From contig OZ365113.1 in the NCBI GenBank assembly GCA_977030845.1, positions 15,500,001-15,564,000 on the forward strand: DNA of 64,000 nt, given 5' to 3'. The position numbers and the translations under genes are program-made. Position 1 is the stretch's first letter; the number at the start of each line of letters is the position of its first letter. Positions 51,926-64,000 of the stretch are shown here, one piece after another. This DNA is from Fimbriosthenelais zetlandica (lineage: Eukaryota). The notes beneath the pieces are model-generated. The model was given only the letters and a program-made list of their open reading frames with translations. It did not search any database and was not told the DNA's origin.

Positions 51926-54900
51926 TTCCAGTGAATGAGGAGGAGGAGCAAGGTTCGGACATAGTGGAGTGACTTGAAACATCCTCAGCCTCTTGCATTC
52001 ATGGCGTTATTTATGGGATGGAAACAACTTAAAAGGACTTAATACTTCAGCATACTGACTCCCACAACCACATTCTCCTCCTCCGTTACCACTGACAGGG
52101 TTACCTTACAACGCCTATACCACCACAAGCACCCAGGCTCTTGAGGATCAGCTGGGCATCTAATTTATTTTAAGTTGAGAAATCAGTGAAAGTATAACAT
52201 TTACTAACCCTAGTCATCGGTGACTGTTGGATCTACACGGTGTTTGGACCCAGGACAAGGGTAGCGTCCATACCTCCACCATATACCCTTGGATCTCATC
52301 TGCCGGGGATGGTTAGTCCTGGGTTAGTTTTTCCAGAATTCATCTACACTTTCTAAGTCAACATCACGTCTACTTTTCAACATTTGCAAAGGATGATTAC
52401 TCACTGAAGTCCTCGGCGATCATCTATATAAGCATAAAGGTAAGAACAAATTTTACATATATAATATTGTGTCAGTGTCACTTAAGATATAAACATCTAT
52501 TTAGGATAAATATTGAAATGTGTTTAGGTGTTATGTTAGATAAAAATTCCATGTATTCTAATAATGAAATTTAAAAATATGTGATAGAGTATTTAGTAAG
52601 AGGTCGGGCCTACATGTATGAATTCTGTACATCAGACAAATATACCTGTGGTGACGTTTCAATTAATTGTACTTGACAGACAAACTATTTCATTCACTAT
52701 TATTTATTATTTGCTCATAATATTTAATTAATGGGTGCATACATACCAACCATGTGCCTTCTTAGAACAATTACACGCAATTGTAATAAAATACAATCAG
52801 CTGAAAGGTCACCGCAGGTGAAGAAGTTCTATGCGCACTGGACGCACATATATATACCTGGATTTAAAATATAGACCGGGACCCTACTCTCATGAGCTTA
52901 CTTCAAGTTTAAATCATTAACCTATACCTATTTTCAAATTAATTATTTTATGGATTATCAAGCACCCATCTCCAACGGAAACATGTTTCCGTACTTATGT
53001 TAACATTATTTTTTGGAAAATCTGTTGCGGATAAAAGCACTTCAAACACCACCCTCGAACCGCGTCCAAATGACGCGGTGAAATTAATTTAATTTCAACG
53101 AAGAATCATTTTCTTTTACGGGTAGATAAAAGGATAAATTAATTAGGTGGTCATTCTAACCACATTAGCTGATGAAACCACAACACTGAATTGACACTGC
53201 AAAATGGAAATCGCGACAAGGGCAAACACAAGTATTTTATTGTCCACCCCTAGAGGCAAGGCACCAGCTATAACGTGATGCCAATCTGCCGGATCGACTG
53301 ACGATAGACACTCCATGGAGTGTAGGTTTAAAGCCATAATATCATGAGAAGCATCCCCCATCTAGCTTCTCCCGATCCTAATCACTAATATCAGAGCCCG
53401 TCACCCACTTAGTGGCCTGTAGCGTGCCCGCCAAGCTCATGCACACACGCGCGCTCTCATCGCCGGCGTCTGAGTACATCTTTTTACCCTCACAGTTTAA
53501 ACCAACATTGGGGATAAAAACCCTTCCTCGCATGCAAACGGCCTGGAAGGAAGAGTGCTGAGGGAAATTGAAACGATGGAAATGAAATCATGGTATTTTA
53601 GATCTGCGGAACATAAAAGAGGGGTGATATAGCCATGCTATGGTGATGGATAGGCCTATACTTTCATGTCAATACCTGGGCGACTTACTTGGAAGAAAAT
53701 GCTCTTATTTCTGGGCATAAAAATTATCCTCTTTTGTTTCACGACTAAGTGTTCGATTATGAGAACGGAAGTAGTCTTATCATTTGCTAATTACAATGAA
53801 TCTTTATGTTGATTTATTATGACTACCCATTACCATCGTAATGACCTCTTATCCCCTCATGCAGGTGTATCATGATTTTCTCTCTATATCAAAATAATAT
53901 AATTGAAATTAATAATCATTCATATTGGAGCCAAGCAGGGTAACGGATTGAAGATAAAACTGGCGCCAGAACTATAGTCACTCAAGTATGAGAAATAGAT
54001 TGATTTACACCTTTTTATTTGTCATTAACTAAAAGGCGGTTTTCCTATAGGAGCTAATACCTTTGGATATATCCTCGGGCGCCAAGAAAGACCATGCATA
54101 AAAGTCACCTATATGGATTTCTTTCTGAGATAAAAATCACATAATAATTACAATATCTAGGTCCATGGGTATAAACATGTGTAGATAATCACAGGTTTGT
54201 AGTTGATATCTTTAGCTCTTTCTCTTTATGAGGGAGAATTAACAACATGTTTCTATGACTAGATAATCACCTATACAGAGCTCCTCCATATTATCACGTG
54301 ACTTGTGGTGAGATAAGAGGGAGAGACAATAAGATGAGAACAATTAGCCAGAACATGGGCGAGCCATGGGTGCAGCATGCAGTCAGACTGCATGGTGAGC
54401 TGCATGCAGGCCTCAGCTAAACTAAACTTGACAGTCGGGAGAGCAGGGGGTAAACAGGAACCACAGCCGAGATACCCATTGATAAATAAACCTCCCATGG
54501 TTTCCCTGCCATCCTACTTTATTGTTTAACTATATATATATATATATGGGGGCATTATACCTATAACAGAACATGAGTCACCCTGCAGTGATTTGAATTT
54601 CTTGATTTTTTTCTGGGAGTCTATATATTGATTCGGCAGTTGGAATTTGGTCATTCATATACAGACCTGTCACTACACATCACGACGTCATTGGACGTCA
54701 TTGAGTTAGCCAGTCGTTGTTAAAGGCCTGAACTAATTACATGTTATTGGAGAATGGCGATACAACCCCCTGTTAATTCCTTTATTCAATCAATCATAGG
54801 GCCTATATTGTGTGGCGCAGGAATTATCTAAGGGAGTGTCATGTAAGTTGTACTTTTCTTTGACACAATACTGAAAGGTCAACTATTCAATCAGTTCTAG

Positions 54901-56461
54901 ATTTGGCACAGTACTTGAGACGCTAAAAGTAGGACAATACTTTCGTGTATCCCACAAAAGACAAGGAATGAATGACAGAGACCTGTTTCAGAAGGAAATT
55001 GGGCTACATTAGCCCATAGATTTACTATTGGGTTCGTGTGTAGCCTAATCTTTGTGAAACGCGCCCTGGATGTCTTTCTCTTGGCGCGAACCTTTGTCAG
55101 CCGGTTTTTGGCACACATTTTTGTTATTTTTCCAACATGTCTCAACAAGCTATAGGTGTTGTGGCAATCTGCAATCATTTTACAAGCTCATGGTCTTCGT
55201 ACTTAGTAGCTTATGGATGTATCTAAGCCCTATATGAACAATCTATAGGCAATGCTTAAAATATGGAAGGTCTGTCTTAATTTTTATGCAAGTGCACATC
55301 GTGAACAAGTGTATATGGAGTGTATAGAAAAGCAGGGGAGTCCATTTATAGTAGCGACCATTTTATAACCGATTGTGATGAAAAGGGATGGGGTGGTTGT
55401 TATGGTAACGAGGCCAGTGTGTGTGGCGTCACAGTGGTTTGTATGCATGTTATTCTCGAGGTGTTAGTGGTGAGGGTGCTGGCGTGGATACATGGCTTAT
55501 ATAGAGGACATGTAGAGCTAATTGTTTTCCTCCCTCCGCTTCACACACCGTTTCATGATCACATAATTGTTGCTTTAAAGATCAACCGCACGATAACATA
55601 CCGTACATTATGGCGCGTCTCTAATTTCACACAACTCAGATAAAAAGACTCTAATGTGAGGGAATGAGGGGAAAATATCAATTTATATTGTTTATGAAGG
55701 AGTTTTTTTGATGGACTCTGTGCGTCAATAGATGATTTTTTACGCCCTAAATTTGGTGTGGTGATTACATTCATATGTTAACTTGTCCTCACAGGTTTCT
55801 TGCCTTTGCCCTATAACATGGTCGCGTTAGGCCTACACCCGAGATGTCAAATTGTATCAATATGGACTTGTTATCCTTCAAATGGATTTTCATGGCGTGT
55901 TGCATATTGCATCTGTATGCGTATTAAGAATCCATTTTTATTATAGTTTGGCGTCATGTTTAGAGCTAAAATACGTGGGATTCTTGTTGGCCTACGTGTT
56001 ACAGCCATTCACACTATATAGTTTTATCATTAGCCTATCATAAGGCAGTCAGGGATGGGTGGAACCACTTGCTTTCAAAGTTTTTAGGCGGATCTTCTGA
56101 TAGGAAATTGATAGGATAGGGACCACACACGTTCCAGACACACAAATGAAATCCATGAGAGTCTTACTATACATACAAATTATGTTCACTGTTTCTGGGG
56201 CCATACTAATTGTAGATGAATGAATGGGTGCTTGATCTAATTAGAGTAATTATTTGCTTTTGACCCACTAACACCGATGTATTCTATATGTGTTGTAAAG
56301 GTGGCGTTTAGCTCTAACAACGTATATTTTCTCTGTTTTGCAGTTTGTCCTCTATGCGAGACACTTCGCCTCGTTTGATTGGAGGAGTTTAGACACGGAG
56401 GGGAGTGTTTGAGGGCGCTGGATTTTGACGGGAGACGCAGGCTCCTCATCCCGGCTGTAAG

Positions 56462-58699
56462 ATGATGGCCGACCCGTGCCGGCCCTCGGGCCACCCTCCT
56501 TCATCTCATGGCCTCAACTCCTCATCTAACTCCGGATCACCACCTCCCAGTCTCCATGGCAACTCACCACCACCTCATACACCGTCTCCTACTTCATCTC
56601 CCACGTCACACAAAAATAAACTGGCGTTTTCTATAGACAGAATAATGGAACCAAGTCCAAAGAAATCCTCCCCGCGAAGGACGCCGGAGTCGGGGAGCGC
56701 GTCGCCAGGGCCGCGGTCGCCACCGCCCGGGAGGGAAGCCTCCCCAGGCGGAGCGTGCAGTCCGGGTAGAACAAGCCGGGAGTCTACCGGGCCCGTCCAG
56801 CCCGTCTTCCCCATCCCAACTCACGCAGCTGCGGCGGCACAGTACTACCATATGAATATGCTAGCAGCTGATGCCCAGAGGAGAAACAATGGACATTATA
56901 ATCATTCTGTTAACCCTAAAGATTTGTTTGGAGGACTTGATGCAGCCAGGTATCTGCCGTTCGTTCATCCAGCGTTTTTTGCCACTATGGGAAGGTTGTC
57001 GGACTATCACAGCCTTCTCCGGCAGTACCCTTACCTCCACCCGGCCCAGTACATGGCCAGGGACGGGCACACTCAGGCTACAGCTCCTGCCTCAGGTATT
57101 GAGTCAATGAAAGCTGCCCAACAAACATACATTGCTGGAAAAGTTTCTACTTTCCCAGCTGCTAACCTTCATAACCTTGCGACCAGGGGACAACAGTCAC
57201 TCGGTACACATTTAAACATTCAAAATAACAAACAAATCTTGACGAAATTCTCTGAGAATGGATCAAACATGGCCGCCACGGCTGTACATCTTCAAGTCGC
57301 CAGAGAGACCAACTCTGCCGCGGAGAAAGAACTAAAAAACAAACTAACATTAAATAACATGAGTAGAACTCTTGATTTATCGCTGAAAAATCAGAAGATG
57401 GAGGAGGATGAGGAGGAGGAGGAAGAAGGGAGTGTAAGTGATGAGAAAATGGAAAGTAACATAGAAATAGACGTGGAATCTACAGGATCTGACGACAGCA
57501 ATGACCACTCATTACTGGACTCCTCCATGGAGAACACGGAAAAAACGCGCGAAAATACAGAGGACAATTCTTCCGTACTGAACCAAAGCAGTAATCTAAA
57601 CTCGTCCCTAGACGAGGATAGAATTAATACCTCAACCTCCTCTGCCTCCATCCTTTCCGCTCCTCCCTCACCTTCCCAAAACTCTGGTACAACGACGACG
57701 ACACAATTATTATCAAATAACAACAAAAATAGTATTCAATCGTCTACGACACCGACCAAACCGACCAAGACTTTTACTTGTCCAGAATGTGGGAAGGTTT
57801 TCAACGCCCACTACAACTTGACGCGGCACATGCCTGTCCATACAGGGGCCCGCCCGTTCATCTGTAAGATCTGTGGTAAGGGCTTCCGGCAAGCGTCCAC
57901 CTTATGTCGTCACAAGATCATCCATACGTCAGAGAAGCCGCACAAATGTAACACGTGCGGCAAGTGTTTCAACCGATCCTCCACACTCAACACGCACATG
58001 CGCATCCACGCCGGATATAAGCCGTTTGTGTGCGAGTTTTGCGGCAAGGGCTTCCATCAGAAAGGTAATTATAAAAACCACAAATTAACTCACAGCTCCG
58101 AGAAGCAGTATCGCTGTAATATTTGTAATAAAGCATTCCACCAGATCTACAACTTGACGTTCCACATGCACACTCATAACGACAAGAAGCCATTCACCTG
58201 TCCTCTCTGTGGCAAGGGCTTCTGTCGGAACTTTGACCTCAAGAAACACATGAGGAAATTGCATGACGGCGCAGTGATACCACCAAAACACACTGTGCTC
58301 AATGGTCAAACAACGGCCACCCAGCTGCGCGGCAATCCAGGCCAACAACAACAGCAACATCAAATGCACCATCACCAGCAACACCAGCAGGGTGGTGCCG
58401 AGCACCACTCTCCTCCAGGGTCGCTGAGTGGTGGTCAGATGCACGGTAGTGGTGGTGTTGGTCATGTGGCCCTGGCCGGGTACGGTGGTGCTGTGGTGGC
58501 GGGCGTGGGTCACGGTACAGGAGCCGTGTTCCCCGGAGGCCCTCCACAGTACCTCCACGGTCAGGGCTTCCTCCATCACCGACCCCCGACCTCTCTACCC
58601 CCCGGCCTCTCATGCCAGGGTGCTCTGGTCAACCCTCTACTACTGACCTCAGCTGGAGCGTCATCAGCATTCCTACAGAAAATACCAACACTCATGTAA
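56462..58699 (+). CDS. FEZF: Fez/Fezf (earmuff-like) C2H2 zinc-finger transcription factor, 745 aa
   Basis: Six C2H2 fingers (57773-58264) with the Fez signature [24 protein letters not shown]...[15 protein letters not shown]...[13 protein letters not shown]...[17 protein letters not shown]-terminal eh1 motif FSIDRIM at 56627-56647. Strong acceptor TTTTCTCTGTTTTGCAG ending at 56343 implies an upstream non-coding exon. Confidence 0.97.
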   Translation: MMADPCRPSGHPPSSHGLNSSSNSGSPPPSLHGNSPPPHTPSPTSSPTSHKNKLAFSIDRIMEPSPKKSSPRRTPESGSASPGPRSPPPGREASPGGACSPGRTSRESTGPVQPVFPIPTHAAAAAQYYHMNMLAADAQRRNNGHYNHSVNPKDLFGGLDAARYLPFVHPAFFATMGRLSDYHSLLRQYPYLHPAQYMARDGHTQATAPASGIESMKAAQQTYIAGKVSTFPAANLHNLATRGQQSLGTHLNIQNNKQILTKFSENGSNMAATAVHLQVARETNSAAEKELKNKLTLNNMSRTLDLSLKNQKMEEDEEEEEEGSVSDEKMESNIEIDVESTGSDDSNDHSLLDSSMENTEKTRENTEDNSSVLNQSSNLNSSLDEDRINTSTSSASILSAPPSPSQNSGTTTTTQLLSNNNKNSIQSSTTPTKPTKTFTCPECGKVFNAHYNLTRHMPVHTGARPFICKICGKGFRQASTLCRHKIIHTSEKPHKCNTCGKCFNRSSTLNTHMRIHAGYKPFVCEFCGKGFHQKGNYKNHKLTHSSEKQYRCNICNKAFHQIYNLTFHMHTHNDKKPFTCPLCGKGFCRNFDLKKHMRKLHDGAVIPPKHTVLNGQTTATQLRGNPGQQQQQHQMHHHQQHQQGGAEHHSPPGSLSGGQMHGSGGVGHVALAGYGGAVVAGVGHGTGAVFPGGPPQYLHGQGFLHHRPPTSLPPGLSCQGALVNPLLLTSAGASSAFLQKIPTLM

Positions 58700-61600
58700 G
58701 GTCTGGACTGAAGTATATCTGTATTACTCAAGGTGGACTCATTTATTATAAGAATAATACTTAATTTGGTATAAATTATAATTATCGTTATCTGATGGAT
58801 TAGGAGGATATCTTTGTGGATGAATTATTCTGTCCCAGTGGATGACTGGTAGAATCAATAGGGCGCCCTCTATGTCGGGCTCCTTTGGTCACTGAAATAT
58901 TGATGAATGGCTAATTCGAGTCATAAGGGTCATATTGATATTATTTTAGGTGATATCAATGGAAGGTCATTGAGACCAACAATGCCATAAATCTGCCTAG
59001 AACGGCAAATCATGTGTTATTCTGACGCAATGCGAAAAGACTATCTCTACTGTATATATGACTGTATGATGCGACTATTCAGAAGTGATTATTTCTGAAA
59101 TTTGTGCTAATAATTATGAAGAAACTATTCTACCTTTTAGATTCACTTAGTATTGAAATTCTTAACACGAAAATAGGTTTTTATAATCAAAGTGTTGGTT
59201 TCCAAGCCATTCTGATGTATATATATTCATTTGAACATCAATATAAACTTACAATGCAGTTTAGACACGGAGATCATATAATACTTATGGTCCTCAATAT
59301 TGTGATTTGATTTCCTATTAATAACTAAGTAACTCTGTAGCTAGGAATCTGCCTGTATATAATATTATTGAATTTCTCTCGAGTACAGGTCCAAAAATGT
59401 GGGTTATACCTGTTTATTTATGTATATACAACATAGGGAGTCAAAGGTGTACATATATAAACCATGTAATGTATTGTGACAGGACTTGTCCCTTGTCACG
59501 AGTGACCTTTAATTCCTTCACTTGCGACAGCGACGGGTGTGCTATATTATAAAAAGCGGTACATGCTATAGACAGTTGGGCACGGTCCCCGCGACACTTT
59601 TGCTATGTAAATATGCCAACTGCCGGAAGCACAATTCCTCAAATACTCCTCATAAAATTGATCCTTATGAAACCTATTTTTAAATTAAACATTTCAGCAT
59701 GTAAATTATTTCATTTCATTCAGGTATTTTATGTGGGTTTTTGGAGGAATGTTGCTGCTGGTCCGAGAAGCTTGACGAAGTGAACTGAAGTCCAGATAAA
59801 TGTAACTGTAACCATAATAATCTTCACGATATTGTGATTTTATTTTTTAACGCTTTATTTAATTATAACTTTACTAACCCCACGCTGTGGACGATTGGGA
59901 AAGCTGCAATCTGAATTCGAGCCGCGCCATTGAATGGCACTTTCCATGATCACTTAATAATGACAACAGTCGATGTCATTATTGTATTAACTCTCTATTT
60001 ACACCTCTCATCCCGCATTAACCCTTGACCTCCTGCGACCTTTAACCCGTCACGCATATGTTGGAGGGGTAGAGACGTGTTGTAAGGACCCTTCTCTGAA
60101 TGGATTTAAGCCCCATTCACACATAACTCCATAATCCCCACCACACCGACTGGGCGGACTTAGTATGAGTCGTCCTTGTAGAGACTAGAGCTAACACAAT
60201 GGACCACTAAACCCCCCCAACCAACAAACCAGTTAATCCCATCATCATCCAACGCGCGCCCTAAAGCCACTCCAATATTGGCAGCATGGGTTAAGGCCGC
60301 TGGCCTTTCACCATTGATAATTTCATTTCATCCCAGTCCCATTTCTTAAAATTACACACCCTCCGTACTTTCAAATTCCCGGCCCCTTTCCTTAGCAGCT
60401 AAATACAGGGGAATGTCAGTAATAAATTTACGTTTCCTCAAATAGTTTGGCAGAAGAAAAAAATTAGATCTATCTTGGTTAATATCTGACTGAATAAATG
60501 AACGAAAGAAGGAACAAATGATGGAAGAGTTGAAAATATGTCATATATCTTTGAGTGTCAAATCACGTATTATAGTCATGTATTATGTCAATGTCATTTT
60601 TAAAGGTCAGACTAAGGTCAGTTTATGGAAAGTTATTGTCGACTCGAATCTTGAGAGAGCATTGGCCCTAAATGTGGCCCTCATTTCCTATTATTATTGT
60701 TTACGTTTTGTTTTATTTCTCTGGTATTTATTGTTATCATGATTAAAGAACAAATGATAAAACACAATCTTACATCTTGAGTTGTATTTCTCTCAGTACG
60801 TTATTTTAACGCCAGCTGTTCATTACATTTTCTCCCACGACCTCTTAACCACTTTATACTATTCTTTTTTTTTCATACCATTCTGTTTTCATGTCCCCTC
60901 TTTATACCGCTGGGAGAGCTATCTGGGACCAAACCAAAATGAAAAGGCATTTAGGTCTGTTAGAATCCACGATTGACTTTTCCCACAATTCAGTAGAGAG
61001 CATATATTGACGTGGCCAGATGGTGCTCGGGCGTCTGACGTTGTGACGTCACGAAGTTCGTCGTGATATGTTTGGACACGTAACGAGGCGTCGCATGTCA
61101 CCGCGACGAGGTCTTTGGGTGAAGGGAAAGCGTTTTGAAATCAGAGGAGAATCAATCGCACTGTATCTGAGGCGTATCATTCTAAATTGAAATTGATAAT
61201 TAAGAAGTCCGTGCCTGGCCACCTTCTAACCCCAGTCAATACAGGCATACGCACGTTCCCGACACACAGGCACACACACACACGAGCATTCCCAGAGCAA
61301 AAGAGCTGAGCAAACACAAGCACGGTCGTGCAATATGGCGACTTTCGAGCAGTGCCCGCCCGTATCCATGGCAAACATGGCGGCAAAGATTACTCCCATA
61401 GGACGATTCGTCAAAGGCAAGTGCCTCCAGCAAAATCGGTTGGGATTTAGGTGGAAAGCTGGTGATCTATAGGCCTGTACAGTGTGACGTAGGAATGGAA
61501 ATTGGGGTGGATCTAGATAGAATGGGTGTATACATAAGGTAATCTAACCTAGCAGCTAGATTATCACAACATCACATTTCTTATATGGTCTACCATGTAT

Positions 61601-64000
61601 TAAATACATCGATATTGACCCCAGATTTAGTTGTCAGTGCACATTCAGAATCGCATCAAATCCACACATCCTTTTCGGTCCTCATTGTACCCAAGCTTGT
61701 ATAGGGAAAGGACTATACTTTAGGATTTTGTTGCTTTTCTCTTTTTAGACTGAGCACGTTTCCATTTCGTCCTGCACCCCCATTGTAAATCTATGCTGTG
61801 GTTGACTATTCCCGACCTTTGTTTCACACATAAAATCGACTCTGTAGCTTCCAGCTTGGCACCTTTCATCATATTGACTTGTTATTGCACCTCAGTCGGC
61901 GTGAAAAGAGCAGTGAACTGGTAGCATACAGTAGGAGGCGTTCTACACTCACCTGCAGCTCTTTATTTATTTACCACCTCATCCTCTCTCCCAGAATGTC
62001 GAAGCTTCATGGCTAAAGCATGTAATTTATCTCAGAGAAAATACTGCCACAATTAAAGAGACCCTGCCACCACATAACCCGGTATCCTTATTAACCGTTT
62101 TTCTGGACAAATGTCATGTTTTTATTTCGGCATTAACGAAAACTTGAATATGTGATCTGGAGGAACATATATATTCCTTCATCAATTGGTAATGCACTGT
62201 TCATCTAGAATGCATGCATTGCGATGACATAGACCATATTATTGATGCTAGGACTTCATGTTTTTTCCTCGGGCATTCCTCCTCCATTGTAGCCCCGGCG
62301 TCCACGCCCAGGTATCAAATATTCAGCTTCCTTCTCCCCATCATTATGGTCCCGGGCTATAATTCCCACCCCGCGCAGCCCCGGGGCGCTGCCCACCCGT
62401 CTTTTCATGGCAGTGAACGCCTCCATTTTTGTGTTTCCTACCATTTATTTGTAGAATCTACCATTTCTATAGCCTCTACCAAAATAATGAGGCTATGTGA
62501 GGAACTATAGGTGGGCACGCTGTTAATTCAATACACCTGGGAAGTAAGGGAGGGAACCGGCATAATTGGAGTCTATTTGAAGCTCAGGACATGAATGCTT
62601 TACTTGAGTAGGGTATTTTCCGGGCTGGAGGGGTATATAATTCATACAGGAACTCTACTGAGATTAAAAGGCAAAGCTGGATTTTATATCCCCTATATAT
62701 AGTCCCTATAGCTCTCCCAGAATCCAGACATGCATGGTTAAATTGTCTCACTGATTTTGTCAGTGTCTGAGGGTTTTTCATGTTGACTGCTATATGAATG
62801 ATCAAAACTTCCATATCAATTTGTCGACTCCGATTATAATTAGATGTATAGATCTATGGTGACGCCAGTGATGATGACCCTATAGTCTCAGATAGACGCC
62901 CACATTAGGTCTAGTCTCCCACAGCTTTTATCGGCGTCTCTTATCAAGATATGCGACATAATTATCAGTATCCTAATTGTCAATGGATCTGGTCCATTAA
63001 TTAATGTCTAATGTCTAAGGCTAACTTTAGCTCCATCAACCCTCAGTAAATGTATGAGGTGTTCCAAAAGAGTGACAGGCGACCTGATTATTCTCAATGA
63101 TTATTATTGAAAAAAAAACAATGATTTCAATATGGCAGGGATGCAGACTTTGGGTTGACAGCCATGGTGCCAGTTTGTTCCATGCAGGAGAAGTTAATCA
63201 TTTGCATTGAGGTGTTTGCATTTTGCGGTGGGTGGATTTAGCCCCGTAAAGGATCAATACTCCAGCGTTGAGAGCTCCTCCCGTCTGTCCTACTCCTCAA
63301 AATAGGTGATAAACACATTAGAGATCACCCGCGTGACCATGCACCATGAGGATCTATAGACAAGGCGTTTATTTCGTTATTTACACTGTTATATACTTGC
63401 AGTGAGATTCTATAACACATGTGCAGCTTCACACCAGCTAGCGCGATGCTCGTGTGTGGCTCGCTGCAAGAAATGCTCAATGTTGCTTATATAAAGATAT
63501 ATACCATTGGGTAAGTTCATTTAAGGAACATTACTGCTATATTAGGGTATATTCTTTTGTTACAAAATGGTCTGTCGAGCCTGTTCATTATATGAGATAG
63601 AGTCTATAGTCGTGAATTGTGGCTCACATTGTCAGCAGATGATTCCACCACCCAAAGGCAAACAGGAGCGTTTGTTCTATATACGGTCTGTTCAGTCGGT
63701 CACTTTTAGGTACGTCCCCCACTGACATCGGTGGTTCCCAGACCTAACAGATGTCATGGTCACGGTTGTAACGGGTTACTGACCTAACATACTGGCGTTA
63801 ATGGCGACATGGCGTGTTCACCACGTCACACTGACGTCGGACACGTCATGGTAGTGGCGTTTATAAATCATTGTTTTGTTACAAGTTGTGATTGTGTTTG
63901 ATGATGCCTTTGTTGTGAAGAATGGGGCGTGCGCGTGTGAGATGAGTATGGGTCTATTGGAAGTGGTTCATTAGTGATTAGGTCGGTAATTAGGTAACTT

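Larger units (their letters stand above)
18100..56343. other. ~38 kb gene-poor region upstream of Fezf (probable cis-regulatory landscape)
   Basis: No ORF in the track resembles a known protein, and no spliced coding chain was recognised. GC/CpG-richer patches alternate with AT-rich spacers. Confidence 0.6.

Noticed and set aside
23320-54394. Short inverted repeats (23320-23351, 40945-40980, 53059-53079, 54376-54394; also 8816-8837 and 10126-10149)
   Set aside because: Stems of 8-14 bp are too short for pre-miRNAs, and a few are expected by chance in 64 kb.
56575-58646. Several 62-164 aa ORFs overlapping Fezf on other frames/strand
   Set aside because: Shadow ORFs of GC-rich, low-complexity coding sequence.

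Overview
Animal (invertebrate bilaterian-looking) genomic DNA; the species cannot be determined from the window. Left to right: (1) the 3' end of a Ty3/Gypsy LTR retrotransposon, with an open integrase frame, a polypurine tract and a short putative 3' LTR (1-1408); (2) about 9.5 kb with no assignable gene and only faint, possibly transposon-derived fossil frames; (3) a complete TBK1/IKK-epsilon-family kinase gene with 18 coding exons (+, 12036-17520, 827 aa when spliced by hand, all introns GT-AG); (4) a ~38 kb stretch with no recognisable protein-coding gene, containing an intact tRNA-Ile(AAT), a previously hidden tRNA-Ile-derived relic, clustered CTCF-like and YY1/Pho-like motifs and a CCAAT/TATA promoter; (5) a Fez/Fezf six-zinc-finger transcription factor as one uninterrupted 745-aa ORF (+, 56462-58699), whose putative 3' UTR carries five Pumilio-type elements. 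The strongest unexplained signals are a possible insulator/regulatory architecture around Fezf, a duplicated splice acceptor in TBK1 that would give a truncated kinase isoform, and strong over-representation of the palindrome TAGGCCTA. I did not find a clearly new protein-coding system. All motif counts were done by eye, and no database searches were run.
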